DNA from: Planctomycetota bacterium
Lineage (GTDB): Bacteria > Planctomycetota > PLA2 > JAEUHO01
NCBI GenBank assembly: GCA_965223505.1
Contig: CBDCWP010000010.1
Span: 32,001-96,000, forward strand
Direction of reading: 5' to 3'
Length of the DNA: 64,000 nt
A program made the translations under genes and the position numbers. The notes under the pieces are model-generated. The model saw only the letters and a list, made by a program, of their open reading frames with translations, ran no database searches and was not told the DNA's origin. Below, one piece after another: positions 54,251-63,738 of the stretch; position 1 is the first letter of the stretch, and each line of letters starts with the position of its first letter.

Positions 54251-55548
54251 ACCGACAGCCAAACGATCCTCGTCGTCTCGCCCCGCGGCTCGTGCCGGGC
54301 ATCCACGCCGTGCCCGACGATCCACGCGACGCCGTTCTCTCCCCTGACCACCAGCTGCCCCCGGCGGCTCCACCGTGGAACGCCGCGCTTCGAGAGCCAA
54401 CGGCGAACCGACACCCTCGACCTACGCCCCGGCGGCACGAACGTATCGCTGCTTCGTAGCAAGCGCACCTCGGGTGCATCACCGAGCACGTCGGCATCGA
54501 CCTCGACGCCGTCGGCCTCCGTTCCGTGGGACACGCGCAACGTCGGCAGCGGCCCGTCGATCATCTCCCGCCGCGCGAGCCACGCGTGGCGCGAACCGCC
54601 GACGTGCAAGTGCATGCCCTCCGGCAGATCGACGGCGCCGCCGTGCTCGATCATCGTGCGGGCGATCTCGACGTGTCGCCGGGTGAGCCACGGGCCCTCC
54701 GCGCCGGCGCCCAGCGACCGCCCGGCGTGACGCAGCGCGAGCGCGATTCCGATGTCGTCCAGCGTCGCGAGGAAGCGACGCGGCATGCGCACCACCTGCG
54801 CCGTTCGTTGATACTCGAACTGCGCACGCGCCACGGTTTCGATGCCGGCTTCGCGCCACTCGATGCGCCGCCGCAGCCGATCGGCGAGGCGCGCGAGATC
54901 ATGGCGACCGCCATGTCGCTCGAGTCGCGCCCGAATGCGCGCCCGGTCGCGGCGCACGTCCAGATTGGTCTCGTCCTCGACCCAGTCGATGTGGCGCGCT
55001 CGCAGATACGCGCGCAGCTCGGCGGGATCCGCCGAGAGCAGCGGGCGAACGACGTGGATGGGGGGGCCGTCACAGTGCGCGCCCAGACGCCTTCGTGCCG
55101 GAATCCCCGCCAGCCCGATGGGCCCGCTGCCGCGCAGTAGGCGCATGAGGAACGTCTCCGCCTGGTCGCCGGCGTGATGCGCGGTCGTGACGACGTTGCA
55201 GTCGAGCTGAACCGCAATGTGGTGCAGCATGTGATATCGATAGCGCCGGGCGAACGCCTCCGTTCGCGGCGCCTCGAAGGGGGGCGGGTCGCTCACGCTG
55301 CACGCGATCCGCAGCGTTTCCGCGAGCCGCTCCACGCGCGCGCGATCCCGGCGCGCGGCGTCGGCGCCGCGCCAGCCGTGATCGACGTGGGCGAGCGTGA
55401 GCGTGACGCCCAGCTCGGCGGATCGATGTGCGAGCAGGTGCGCAAGGGCGGTGCTGTCGGCGCCGGCGCTCACAGCGACCAGCACGCGGTCCCCCGGCCG
55501 GAAGAGGCCCGTCTCGAGCGCCGGCAGGGAGGAGCGTGTCGTTCGCAC
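54247..55548 (-). CDS. tilS: tRNA(Ile)-lysidine synthetase
   Basis: VAVSAGADS, HVDHGWR, ARRYRY, AHHAGDQAET, VRPLL, EDETN. Confidence 0.92.
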   Translation of the reverse strand: MRTTRSSLPALETGLFRPGDRVLVAVSAGADSTALAHLLAHRSAELGVTLTLAHVDHGWRGADAARRDRARVERLAETLRIACSVSDPPPFEAPRTEAFARRYRYHMLHHIAVQLDCNVVTTAHHAGDQAETFLMRLLRGSGPIGLAGIPARRRLGAHCDGPPIHVVRPLLSADPAELRAYLRARHIDWVEDETNLDVRRDRARIRARLERHGGRHDLARLADRLRRRIEWREAGIETVARAQFEYQRTAQVVRMPRRFLATLDDIGIALALRHAGRSLGAGAEGPWLTRRHVEIARTMIEHGGAVDLPEGMHLHVGGSRHAWLARREMIDGPLPTLRVSHGTEADGVEVDADVLGDAPEVRLLRSSDTFVPPGRRSRVSVRRWLSKRGVPRWSRRGQLVVRGENGVAWIVGHGVDARHEPRGETTRIVWLSV

Positions 55549-55643
55549 CGCGCCATCTTACGAGCGGGCGTTTCGCACCCGTTCCTCGCTTCATGCGCTC
55601 ATCCGGGCGGCGGTAGACTCCGCGTTCGAGCAGGAGAACCAGC

Positions 55644-56660
55644 ATGAGCATTCGTGTCGCGATCAACGGGTTCGGCCGCATCGGCCGTGTGGTGTTTCGA
55701 ATCCTCCAGGAGAAGGGCGACGCCTTCGAGGTCGTCGCGATCAACGACCTCGGCAAGCCCGAGGCGCTGGCGCATCTGCTCAAGTACGACAGCACCCACG
55801 GCCGCTTCGACGGCGACGTCGCGCTCGACGGCGACAAGCTCGTCGTCAACGGCACCGCGATCCCGCTGCTCAGCGAGCGCGATCCGGCCAATCTGCCGTG
55901 GAACGACCTGGGCAACCCGCTGGTCGTCGAGTCCACGGGCGTGTTCCGGCTGCGCGAGCAGCTCCAGGCGCACCTCCATGCAGGCGCGCAGAAGGTGCTG
56001 CTGACCGTGCCGCCCAAGGACGACGTGGACGCGCTCATCGTGCTCGGCGTGAACGATGACGAGCTCAAGCCCGAGCACCGCATCGTCAGCAACGCGTCCT
56101 GCACCACGAACTGCCTGGCGCCGATGGCGAAGGTGCTGCACGAGGCGTTCGGCATCGAGCGCGGCTTGATGAACACCGTCCACGCCTACACGAACGGCCA
56201 GCGCATCCTCGACCTCGAGCACAAGGACCTTCGGCGCGCGCGTACCGCGGCGACGAACATCATCCCGACGACGACCGGCGCGGCGCGCGCGGTCGGCAAG
56301 GTCCTGCCGGACATGGCGGGCAAGCTCGACGGCTTCTCGATGCGCGTTCCGGTGCCGGACGGCAGCATCGTGGACCTGACGGCGATCGTCTCGCGCGAGG
56401 TCACCATCGAGGAGGTCAACGCCGCCATGAAGGCCGCGGCCGAGGGACCGCTCGAGGGCATCATGAAGTACAGCGAGGATCCGATCGTCTCGTCGGACAT
56501 CGTCGGCGATCCGCACTCGAACGTCTTCGACGCGCCGCTCACGATGGCGATGGGCACGATGGTGAAGGTCTGCGGCTGGTACGACAACGAGTACGGCTAC
56601 AGCGCGCGCTGCGTGGACATGCTGGCGCGCATGGCCGCGCCCGTGCCTGCCGGCGCATAG
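55644..56660 (+). CDS. gap: Glyceraldehyde-3-phosphate dehydrogenase type I
   Basis: [26 protein letters not shown]. Confidence 0.98.
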   Translation: MSIRVAINGFGRIGRVVFRILQEKGDAFEVVAINDLGKPEALAHLLKYDSTHGRFDGDVALDGDKLVVNGTAIPLLSERDPANLPWNDLGNPLVVESTGVFRLREQLQAHLHAGAQKVLLTVPPKDDVDALIVLGVNDDELKPEHRIVSNASCTTNCLAPMAKVLHEAFGIERGLMNTVHAYTNGQRILDLEHKDLRRARTAATNIIPTTTGAARAVGKVLPDMAGKLDGFSMRVPVPDGSIVDLTAIVSREVTIEEVNAAMKAAAEGPLEGIMKYSEDPIVSSDIVGDPHSNVFDAPLTMAMGTMVKVCGWYDNEYGYSARCVDMLARMAAPVPAGA

Positions 56661-56760
56661 CCCGGATTCCGGCCGTTTTCCGCCATCCGGGCGGTGTTTG
56701 CGGGGTCCGTCCAGGGCGCGGGTAGACTGTCGCCGCCGACGTATTTCGCAGGGAGCCCGT

Positions 56761-57420
56761 ATGACCACAGCCGTGAGCGCCGTCAAGATCGCCCCGTCGT
56801 TGTTGTCCGCCGACTTCGCGCGGCTGGACAGCGAGATCGGCGACGTCCTCGAGGGCGGCGCGGACCTGCTGCACCTCGACGTGATGGACGGGCATTTCGT
56901 CCCGAACATCACGTTCGGGCCGCCGGTCGTGAAGAGCATTCGCGGCTGCACGGACGCGGTGCTGGACTGCCACCTCATGATCTCGAAGCCGACGCAGTAC
57001 GTGGAGTCGTTCTGCGACGCCGGCGCGGACTGGGTGTCGATTCACGTCGAGGCGCCGGACGACATCGCCGAGGCGCTGCGCATGATCAAGGGCAAGGGCG
57101 CCAGGCCCGGCATCGTCCTCAATCCCGACACGCCCGTCGAGCAGGCCGAGCCCTATCTCGCGGATGTGGGGTTGGTGCTGATCATGTCGGTGTTCCCGGG
57201 CTTCGGCGGGCAGTCGTTCATTCCGGACGTGCTGGACAAGGTGCGCGCGCTCAAGGCGCAGGGCTTCGAGGGCGAGATCTCGATCGACGGCGGAATTGCC
57301 GAGGACACGGCGCCGCGGGCGATCGAAGCGGGTGTGGATATCATGGTTGCGGGCACGGCGGTGTTCGGCCGGGAAGACCGGGCGGCGGCGATTCGTGCGT
57401 TGAGGGGCCCCGCCGGGTAG
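56761..57420 (+). CDS. rpe: Ribulose-phosphate 3-epimerase
   Basis: APSLLSADF, HLDVMDGHFVPNITFG, MSVFPGFGGQ, IDGG. Confidence 0.96.
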   Translation: MTTAVSAVKIAPSLLSADFARLDSEIGDVLEGGADLLHLDVMDGHFVPNITFGPPVVKSIRGCTDAVLDCHLMISKPTQYVESFCDAGADWVSIHVEAPDDIAEALRMIKGKGARPGIVLNPDTPVEQAEPYLADVGLVLIMSVFPGFGGQSFIPDVLDKVRALKAQGFEGEISIDGGIAEDTAPRAIEAGVDIMVAGTAVFGREDRAAAIRALRGPAG

Positions 57421-57437
57421 GCGCGGAGAGTGAGCTG

Positions 57438-58313
57438 ATGGCGTTCTTCCGAAAGAAGAAAGAGATTCCGGTCGGGCTTTGGATGAAGTGCCCGGCGTGC
57501 GGAAAGATGGCGTTCACCAAGACGGTGGAGGAGAACCTCCACGTGTGTCCCGAGTGCGATCACCACATGAAGGTGAACGGGCCGACGCGCGTGAAGCAGC
57601 TGCTCGACGAAGGCTCGATCGAGCGCATGGGTGAAGACCTTCAGCCGCGGGATCTCTTGCACTTCTCGGGCGGCGGCGGCGAGACGTATGACGACGTGCT
57701 GAAGCGAAGCGCCGCGAAGTCGGGCGTTTCCGAAGCGGCGCTGGCCGTTCGCGGCGCGATCGACGGCCGTCCCGTCACGGTGGCGGCGATGGACTTCACG
57801 TTCCGCGGCGGCTCGATGGGCGTCGTGGTGGGGGAGCGGGTTGCGCTCGCGGCGGACGACGCGCTCGAGCGCGGTGTGCCGTTCATACTCGTGGCGACGT
57901 CGGGCGGCGCGCGGATGCAGGAAGGCGCGTTGTCGTTAATGCAGATGGCGAAAACCAGCGCGACGATCGCGCGTCTGCGCGAAGCCGGGCTGCCGTACAT
58001 CACGGTGCTCGCGGATCCGTGCACGGGTGGTGTGAGCGCGTCGTTCGCGGCGCAGGGTGACCTGACGTTGGCGGAGCCGGGCGCGTTGATCGGGTTCGCC
58101 GGACCGCGCGTGATCCAGAACACGATCAAGACGCAGCTGCCTGAGGGATTCCAGCGGGCCGAGTTCCTGTTGGAGAAGGGGTTCGTCGACCGCATCGTGC
58201 ACCGCCGCGACCTGAAGCAGGAGCTGGGGCGGTTGCTCGACTACTTGATGCCGGCGGAGCCGGAGGCCGAGTCGGAGCCGGAAGCAGCGCCTGAAGAGGC
58301 GCCGGCCAAGTAG
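57438..58313 (+). CDS. accD: Acetyl-CoA carboxylase carboxyltransferase beta
   Basis: WMKCPAC..CPEC zinc finger, GGSMG, SGGARMQEG, GFAGPRVI. Confidence 0.96.
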   Translation: MAFFRKKKEIPVGLWMKCPACGKMAFTKTVEENLHVCPECDHHMKVNGPTRVKQLLDEGSIERMGEDLQPRDLLHFSGGGGETYDDVLKRSAAKSGVSEAALAVRGAIDGRPVTVAAMDFTFRGGSMGVVVGERVALAADDALERGVPFILVATSGGARMQEGALSLMQMAKTSATIARLREAGLPYITVLADPCTGGVSASFAAQGDLTLAEPGALIGFAGPRVIQNTIKTQLPEGFQRAEFLLEKGFVDRIVHRRDLKQELGRLLDYLMPAEPEAESEPEAAPEEAPAK

Positions 58314-58868
58314 ATGGCCAAGGCCAAGCCCTCGCCGTACGACGTCGAGACGGTGCCCGTCGATCAGGTGCGGCCGCTGCGTTGGAAGTACCTGCGTCCG
58401 GGAGAGCCGGAGGACGCGGTCTGCTACAAGAGCGACGAGGAAGCGACGTGCGTGCACCTGGGGGTGCGGGACGAGTCGGGCGCGTTGATCGGCGTGGGGA
58501 GCATGCATCCGGAGAACCGGGTGGCGGGCCAGGGGCCGCACAGGCATCCGGGGATGCGGTTCCGGGGTGTGGCGGTGGAGGAGACGCACCGGCGCAAGGG
58601 CGTGGCGGGCGCGATTCTGAGCGAGATGGTTCGGCGGGCGCAGGACGGGGGCATGCAGGAGGTTTGGGCGAACGGCCGGACGAACCAGATCGCGATGTAC
58701 AAGCGGCACGGGTTCAAGGTGATGTCGCAGGAGTTCGAGATTCCGCGGCTGGGTGCGCACTTCGTGATCGTGCGGCGACTGAAGCAGAAAGGCGGGGCTA
58801 CGGCGTCGGGGCCGTCGGCTTCGGAGGCGCCGGAAACCGGGTCTGAATCACCTGAGTCAGAAAGCTAG
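58314..58868 (+). CDS. GNAT family N-acetyltransferase
   Basis: FRGVAVEETHRRKGVA acetyl-CoA motif, VWANGR, YKRHGF. Confidence 0.88.
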   Translation: MAKAKPSPYDVETVPVDQVRPLRWKYLRPGEPEDAVCYKSDEEATCVHLGVRDESGALIGVGSMHPENRVAGQGPHRHPGMRFRGVAVEETHRRKGVAGAILSEMVRRAQDGGMQEVWANGRTNQIAMYKRHGFKVMSQEFEIPRLGAHFVIVRRLKQKGGATASGPSASEAPETGSESPESES

Positions 58869-58913
58869 AGCCGGGCGAGGGCGCTGCTATGCTCCCGGGC
58901 TGTCGAGAAACGC

Positions 58914-58989
58914 TCCCCGATAGCTCAGTTGGTAGAGCAACTGACTGTTAATCAGTGGGTCGCTGGTTCGAGTCCAGCTCGGGGAGCCA
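58914..58989 (+). tRNA. tRNA-Asn(GTT)
   Basis: TCCCCGA/TCGGGGA acceptor stem, anticodon arm ACTGA-CTGTTAA-TCAGT, GGTTCGAGTCC T-arm, encoded CCA. Confidence 0.97.
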
Positions 58990-59258
58990 CACTCTCGCTT
59001 GCGCCCGCAGAGGCGCCCAGAGCCCGGCGCGACGCGGCTCGCCATACGTCGCCAGCAGGCGCCAGAACTTAGGCGCTTCGCGAGGTCGATGCCGCCGACG
59101 TCGCGGCGTTGCCGACCCGCCGGTTAACGCTCGGACTCTCTGCCGGACTCTCGAACTCTCTGTCGATCACCGAGAGCGCGCGTGGGTTGACGCCGGGCGC
59201 CTGGGGTGGGGGTCCAACCGGGTTGCGGAATGGTGTTGTGGGAGCCTTCGGCTACGAC

Positions 59259-59984
59259 ATGAGGCCAATGACCGAGCCGAACGACATGAGCCTGCCCGAT
59301 CGCATCCGAGATCGCCTGGAGGCGCTTGAGACGCAAGGGCAGCGCATCATCTCCGCGGCACGCGACAAGATCACGGCAGCGGCGCCGGGCACGGTTTCGT
59401 TTCGCTACCAGGCAGTGTTGCCAGGTCGCGACATTCTGTTGCCTCACGAACGGGCGCAGTCGCTCGGCTTCGTGACGCGCTACGAGGCACTGCCGGACGC
59501 AGTCGGCGCGCAGGTGGTCGTCTCCGGCGAGCGCCTCGAGCTGGGCAACCTCGACTTCCTTCGTCACACGCTCAACGAGTACCGAACGATTGTGATGAAC
59601 GAGCGCGATTCGGTCTACTACCGCAAGCTGCACTCCACCTGGCGCGCAATGCTCCTACGGCCGTCCGTGGTGGAGGGCACCATTGTCCGCGTCCTGGACG
59701 CCACGGACAAGGACGTCACAGCGGGGTTCGTCCAGTGGCTGGACCAGACGCAGAGCGCCATCAAGTTCATCATCAATGCGCTGGAGTTGGACTACCTCTA
59801 CAACGGAATCCTGCAGCACTGTGACGAGAGGCACTCCGAGCGGTTCCTGCAGGACTACCTTTCGGGGGAGTTGAACTACATCATGCTCAAGAGTGCCGGC
59901 ATCATCACGGCGGTGAAGGATCACCTGGAGCCGTACTACCGACTTGCCAACGCGCTGACCTTCCCGGAGCTAGGACCGCTCTGA
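59259..59984 (+). CDS. Hypothetical protein (island cargo)
   Basis: Protein-like ORF of about 240 aa just after the tRNA; no motif recognised. Confidence 0.65.
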   Translation: MRPMTEPNDMSLPDRIRDRLEALETQGQRIISAARDKITAAAPGTVSFRYQAVLPGRDILLPHERAQSLGFVTRYEALPDAVGAQVVVSGERLELGNLDFLRHTLNEYRTIVMNERDSVYYRKLHSTWRAMLLRPSVVEGTIVRVLDATDKDVTAGFVQWLDQTQSAIKFIINALELDYLYNGILQHCDERHSERFLQDYLSGELNYIMLKSAGIITAVKDHLEPYYRLANALTFPELGPL

Positions 59985-60352
59985 CGCTCGCGTGCCACTC
60001 TCTGCGACACCCAGTTGGGGGATGAAGCGAGAGTGCGGAGAGCCCTCTCCGCCCCAGGTCCGTCGATCTTCCCGTCTAGAACCGCCTCTTGGATGTCCGG
60101 TGCGAGATCGAGGAGGCGCATGACCTGGCTAATGCGGGCGCGCGAGACGCCGACCAGACGCGCCAGCTCGGCTCGGTTGCGGATGGCACCGGCGTGGATC
60201 AAGTCGTTCCACCTGTGGGCCAGGGCGAGAAGGCGGGCGACGCGCGGGATCCGTTCGCGGGGCGGGTCCAGAGCAGCCCTGGCGGGCTTCAGTTGCTTGC
60301 GGCCGTTCTTGCCCGCGGCCACGCGGACCTTGACCGTCACCGTGTCGCTCAT
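59936..60352 (-). CDS. Small HTH protein typical of serine-recombinase islands
   Basis: RIPRVARLLALAHRW..NRAELARLVGVSRARISQVMRLLDLAPDIQEA; ATGA overlap with the recombinase remnant. Confidence 0.75.
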   Translation of the reverse strand: MSDTVTVKVRVAAGKNGRKQLKPARAALDPPRERIPRVARLLALAHRWNDLIHAGAIRNRAELARLVGVSRARISQVMRLLDLAPDIQEAVLDGKIDGPGAERALRTLASSPNWVSQRVARERQSGPSSGKVSALASR

Positions 60353-60585
60353 GACTCGGTCTCCTGGGCGAGTGCCTTGATGCCGGTCGGCTGGAAGGCG
60401 ACCTCGACGGTGCCGGCCTCACGGTCGTAGGCGACGTGCTCGATCAGGAGCCCGAGCAGGCGCTTCTGCTCGGGCACGTGAAGGGCTTCCCACACCGGCT
60501 CGAACAAGCCCAGGGCCCGTCGGACATCGCCTTCGTCAACCTGGAAGCCCCGGGAGCGTGCGGCCCCGATGACCTGTGCAACCAG
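60349..60585 (-). pseudogene. C-terminal remnant of a large serine recombinase, cut by an IS
   Basis: DVRRALGLFEPVWEAL..EQKRLLGLLIEHVAYD..VEVAFQPTGIKAL resembles recombinase tails; N-terminus missing. Confidence 0.65.
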
Positions 60586-61929
60586 TGTCTCCCTCGACGA
60601 ATAGGTGACCTGCGAAGGGCAGGAAACCGGTGTTGATAAGGCTCTCTCCTTTGGCTGGCCTATGTGCCAGGGAAAGGAAGAGAGATGAACGACGATACGA
60701 AGGCGCCCGAGAGGTTGGACGGCCCGCTTCCGAAGGGAGGCGGAGGCGACGAAGTCGCCGGAGCCGAGCGGAGGAAGCGGGCCGTGAGCGGCTACGTGCC
60801 CCGCGGCACACGCAGCCGTCGTGCTCGAACGGTGCGAAGCGACGCATCGCGTAGCGCGGAGTTCACGGGCGAGCAGCGCTTGCTGGCGCTTGACTGTTGG
60901 TTTCGCAGCGAGCTTGCGGCCACGGAGTTCGCGCCGCTGATCGGCGTGAGCACGGCGTCGCTGTACGCGTGGCGTCGCAAGTTCGAGGAGGAGGGCCCCG
61001 CCGGTTTGCTCGGGCACAAGCGCGGCATGAAGGGCAGCGGGCTGCCCGAGCCGGCGCGCCGTGCGATCCTGATGATGAAGGACGCGCATCCGGACTGGGG
61101 CCAGGATCGGATCCACGACATGCTGATCCGAACGGAGGGTATCTCGGTTTCAGGCGGCGCGGTTCAGCGCGTGCTGAAGGAAGCGGGCTACGAGGTGGAG
61201 GCGGTTGCGCCGGCGCGCAACCCGCCCAAGGTGAAGCGATTCGAGCGCAAGCGACCGAACGAGCTTTGGCAAACGGATCTATTCACGTTTCTCCTGAAGC
61301 GCGAGCGTCGGCGCGTGCACCTGGTTTGCTACCTGGACGACTTCTCGCGTTTCATCGTGGGCTTCGGGCTTCACGCATCGGCGTCGGGTGCGATGGTTCG
61401 GGAGACGTTCGAGCAGGCGATCGCGAACTTCGGCGCGCCCGAGGAGATTTTGACCGACAACGGCGCGCAGTATCAGACCTGGCGCGGGAAGAGCTCGTTT
61501 CGCAAGCTTTGCGAGAAGCGCGGCATCAAGCAGATCGTGGCCAGGCCGAGGCGGCCGCAGACGCTTGGCAAGATCGAGCGTTTCTGGGGCACGCTGTTTC
61601 GCGAGCTGATCGACGGAGCGATCTTCCGCGGCATGGAGGACGCCAAGACGCGCATTGCTCACTTCATCGGGTTCTACAACTTCCAGCGCACCCACCAGGG
61701 CATTGGCGGCCTGGTTCCAGCGGACCGATTCTTCGAAGCCTCGCAGAGCGTGCGCAGCGCTCTGCAAGAGGCGGTTGCAACGAACGCCAAGGAGTTGGCG
61801 CTTCATGGTGAGCCGCGCAAGCCCTTGTACCTGGCGGGCCGAATCGGCGACGAGCCGGTGTCTCCACCGAAGGAGCCGGACGTGCAACGTGCCGCAAGTT
61901 TCGGGTCCAGGGTGGACCCCACTCTGTAA
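60586..61929 (+). mobile_element. IS481-family element (transposase CDS 60685-61929; right end not identified)
   Basis: HTH (SLYAWRRKF), PNELWQTD, LDDFSR, LTDNGAQY, PQTLGKIERF DDE core; left end begins TGT where recombinase homology stops. Confidence 0.82.
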
Positions 61930-62098
61930 CTTGTCCAAACCGAGAGTTCTGGAACGCCTTCTGGCGGCCGGAACGAATGGACCTCTCCAGGTTGCCAAAA
62001 ACCAGAGAGTAGTTTCGCCACAAGCACGCAGAGGCGAGGTCACGCGCACGCCCCAGCCGGCCCGGGCGCGTGCTGTCCGAGAGGGAGGGTCAGTGCAC

Positions 62099-62392
62099 CT
62101 AGGCAACCGACTCGAGGTTCTCCCTCAGGATCCTCGGGTGCCGCGCGGCGATGCGTAGCAAGGCGATCGCGGGCCCCTCGGGCTTGCGACGATCCTGCTC
62201 CCAGTTCCGAAGCGTGTGGATGCTGATGCCCATGGCCCGGGCGAACTGCGCCTGTGTCAGGCGCGCGAAGCGACGGAGGGCGGCGATGTCCCCTCCGTTC
62301 CTGAAGCGGCCCTGCACGAGGCGACGCCGGAGGCGCGCAGGAATCGCGCTTGCGAAGTCCTCGTCCGTCAGTTCGGGGATGTCGTCGGTCAT
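62099..62392 (-). CDS. Antitoxin with Xre-type HTH
   Basis: DDIPELTDEDF N-terminus; LTQAQFARAMGISIHTLRNWEQDRRKP. Confidence 0.85.
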   Translation of the reverse strand: MTDDIPELTDEDFASAIPARLRRRLVQGRFRNGGDIAALRRFARLTQAQFARAMGISIHTLRNWEQDRRKPEGPAIALLRIAARHPRILRENLESVA

Positions 62393-62676
62393 GATCGCTC
62401 CGGGTAGTCTCGGAACAGCCCTTGCTCACGCGTGGTCGCCCAGCGTGCGCTGATGATCCGAACTGTGTCCTCGTCCCGTTCCGTCCAGACGACCAGCACG
62501 ACGCCGCGTCGAATCAACCCGATCGCGACGAACCGGTCTTCGAGCTCGGAGTGGGACGCATCGAAGATCTCGAGGAAGTCCCGGCCGGACGTGAACAGCT
62601 CTGCTGCCTCCTCGAAGGAGACGTCGTGCTTGCGCTGATTCTCTCTGTCCTTGGCCGAGTCCCATTCGACCTTCAT
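62389..62676 (-). CDS. BrnT family toxin
   Basis: EWDSAKDRENQRKHDVSFEEA, EDRF, VRIISAR motifs; ATGA overlap with the antitoxin. Confidence 0.9.
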   Translation of the reverse strand: MKVEWDSAKDRENQRKHDVSFEEAAELFTSGRDFLEIFDASHSELEDRFVAIGLIRRGVVLVVWTERDEDTVRIISARWATTREQGLFRDYPERS

Positions 62677-62682
62677 CGGGAG

Positions 62683-62717
62683 AGTATACGCCATTGGCGG
62701 AGTAAGTCAATGGCGTA
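62683..62717 (-). promoter_or_regulatory. Sigma70-type promoter with overlapping palindromic operator for the BrnT operon
   Basis: TTGACT-N16-TATACT-N6-ATG; perfect 10-bp inverted repeat TACGCCATTG/CAATGGCGTA at 62687-62696 and 62708-62717. Confidence 0.75.
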
Positions 62718-62760
62718 CTCACCGCCTCCAGTGAGCGGAGTTCGTGCCGTCGCCGGATAA

Positions 62761-62827
62761 AACCCAGAGTCGCAAGGAATGGGGGCTCTCTGGCACAGAG
62801 AGTGTTTCGAACGAGGGTGGGGAGCCA
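62761..62827 (+). repeat. About 65-bp imperfect direct repeat, copy 1
   Basis: aacccagagt(c)cgcaaggaatgggg...acagagagtgtttcgaacgagg...tggggagcca shared with 63666-63738. Confidence 0.8.
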
Positions 62828-63077
62828 TTCGACTCCGCCTGCTTCGCAGGCTCCGTTCATGGCCTCCGGCCCTCGCCTACGGGCGCCTCTCTTCAACGTG
62901 TCTTGCGCATGATGTGTCCCCGATTCTTGTGCCCGGTCAACTGAGAGTGGCTTCGGATTCCCTCTACATCGGTGTGCCTCGCGATCTCCGGCAGCAATAG
63001 TGGCGGGCGTGGGACAGCCCGTCGGGCGACGCCGGCCACGCGGCCTTGAGGCGGATTACGAGCTTGGTGACCGGGTC

Positions 63078-63108
63078 TGGTGCAGAATGGTGCAGTTTGG
63101 TGTACCAT
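63078..63108 (+). promoter_or_regulatory. Three TGGTGYA boxes at 10-bp spacing ending in a TACCAT -10 element
   Basis: TGGTGCA at 63078 and 63088, TGGTGTA at 63098; ATG 6 nt after TACCAT. Confidence 0.6.
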
Positions 63109-63114
63109 TTCGCT

Positions 63115-63372
63115 ATGCCTACTGCGAAGAAGCCGGTCCGAAAGAGTGTCAGCGTCCCTGCGGTGCTCGCGAGGCGCATCCGGTCCCTAGCGAAGGCGCG
63201 GCGCCTGAGCGAAAACCGCGTCCTCGTTGAACTCATCGAGTCGGGCCTGGAGGCGAAGGAGAGGGAGAGGCTGCATTACCTCGACCTCCTCGAGCAGCTC
63301 CGCGCGTCGGATGACGAGGCCGAGCAAGAGCGCCTCATGGAGGAGCTCGCGCAACTGACGTTCGGTGATTGA
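63115..63372 (+). CDS. Ribbon-helix-helix-like protein, putative antitoxin
   Basis: RKSVSVP beta-strand plus two helices, acidic C-terminal half. Confidence 0.7.
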   Translation: MPTAKKPVRKSVSVPAVLARRIRSLAKARRLSENRVLVELIESGLEAKERERLHYLDLLEQLRASDDEAEQERLMEELAQLTFGD

Positions 63373-63614
63373 TGCCGACGATCCAATGGACGGACCTACC
63401 GGATGCCCTCCGCCGTCACCTCTTCCTGCGGGCGCGAGAGCGGGCCATCTCCGATAACGATCTGCTCAAGCTCAAGGCGTGGCGCGAGTCCAACCCGGAG
63501 GCGCCGGACGGCGAGTGGTACAAGGACTTCGGCTCGTTCAAGATCTGCGGGGAGGGGCGCTACCCGAAGACGTTCCTGCTCAAGGGACAGGCCGCCAAGG
63601 GGAAGCGGCTTTGA
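63372..63614 (+). CDS. Small basic hypothetical protein, putative toxin
   Basis: TGATG coupling to the RHH gene; 80 aa; WYKDFGSFKICGEG. Confidence 0.65.
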   Translation: MPTIQWTDLPDALRRHLFLRARERAISDNDLLKLKAWRESNPEAPDGEWYKDFGSFKICGEGRYPKTFLLKGQAAKGKRL

Positions 63615-63665
63615 GAATCGTCTCGGTTCGAGTCCTCGTCGGACCCCAGCGCGACCCCAGGACCG

Positions 63666-63738
63666 AACCCAGAGTCCGCAAGGAATGGGGCCTTCGGTAC
63701 AGAGAGTGTTTCGAACGAGGATGCGGAATGGGGAGCCA
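63666..63738 (+). repeat. Imperfect direct repeat, copy 2
   Basis: Aligns with 62761-62827. Confidence 0.8.

Noticed and set aside
62778..62815. Second tRNA gene on the minus strand
   Set aside because: Only a GTTCGAA...CCA-like stretch with wrong spacing; no T-stem pairing, D-arm or anticodon arm.
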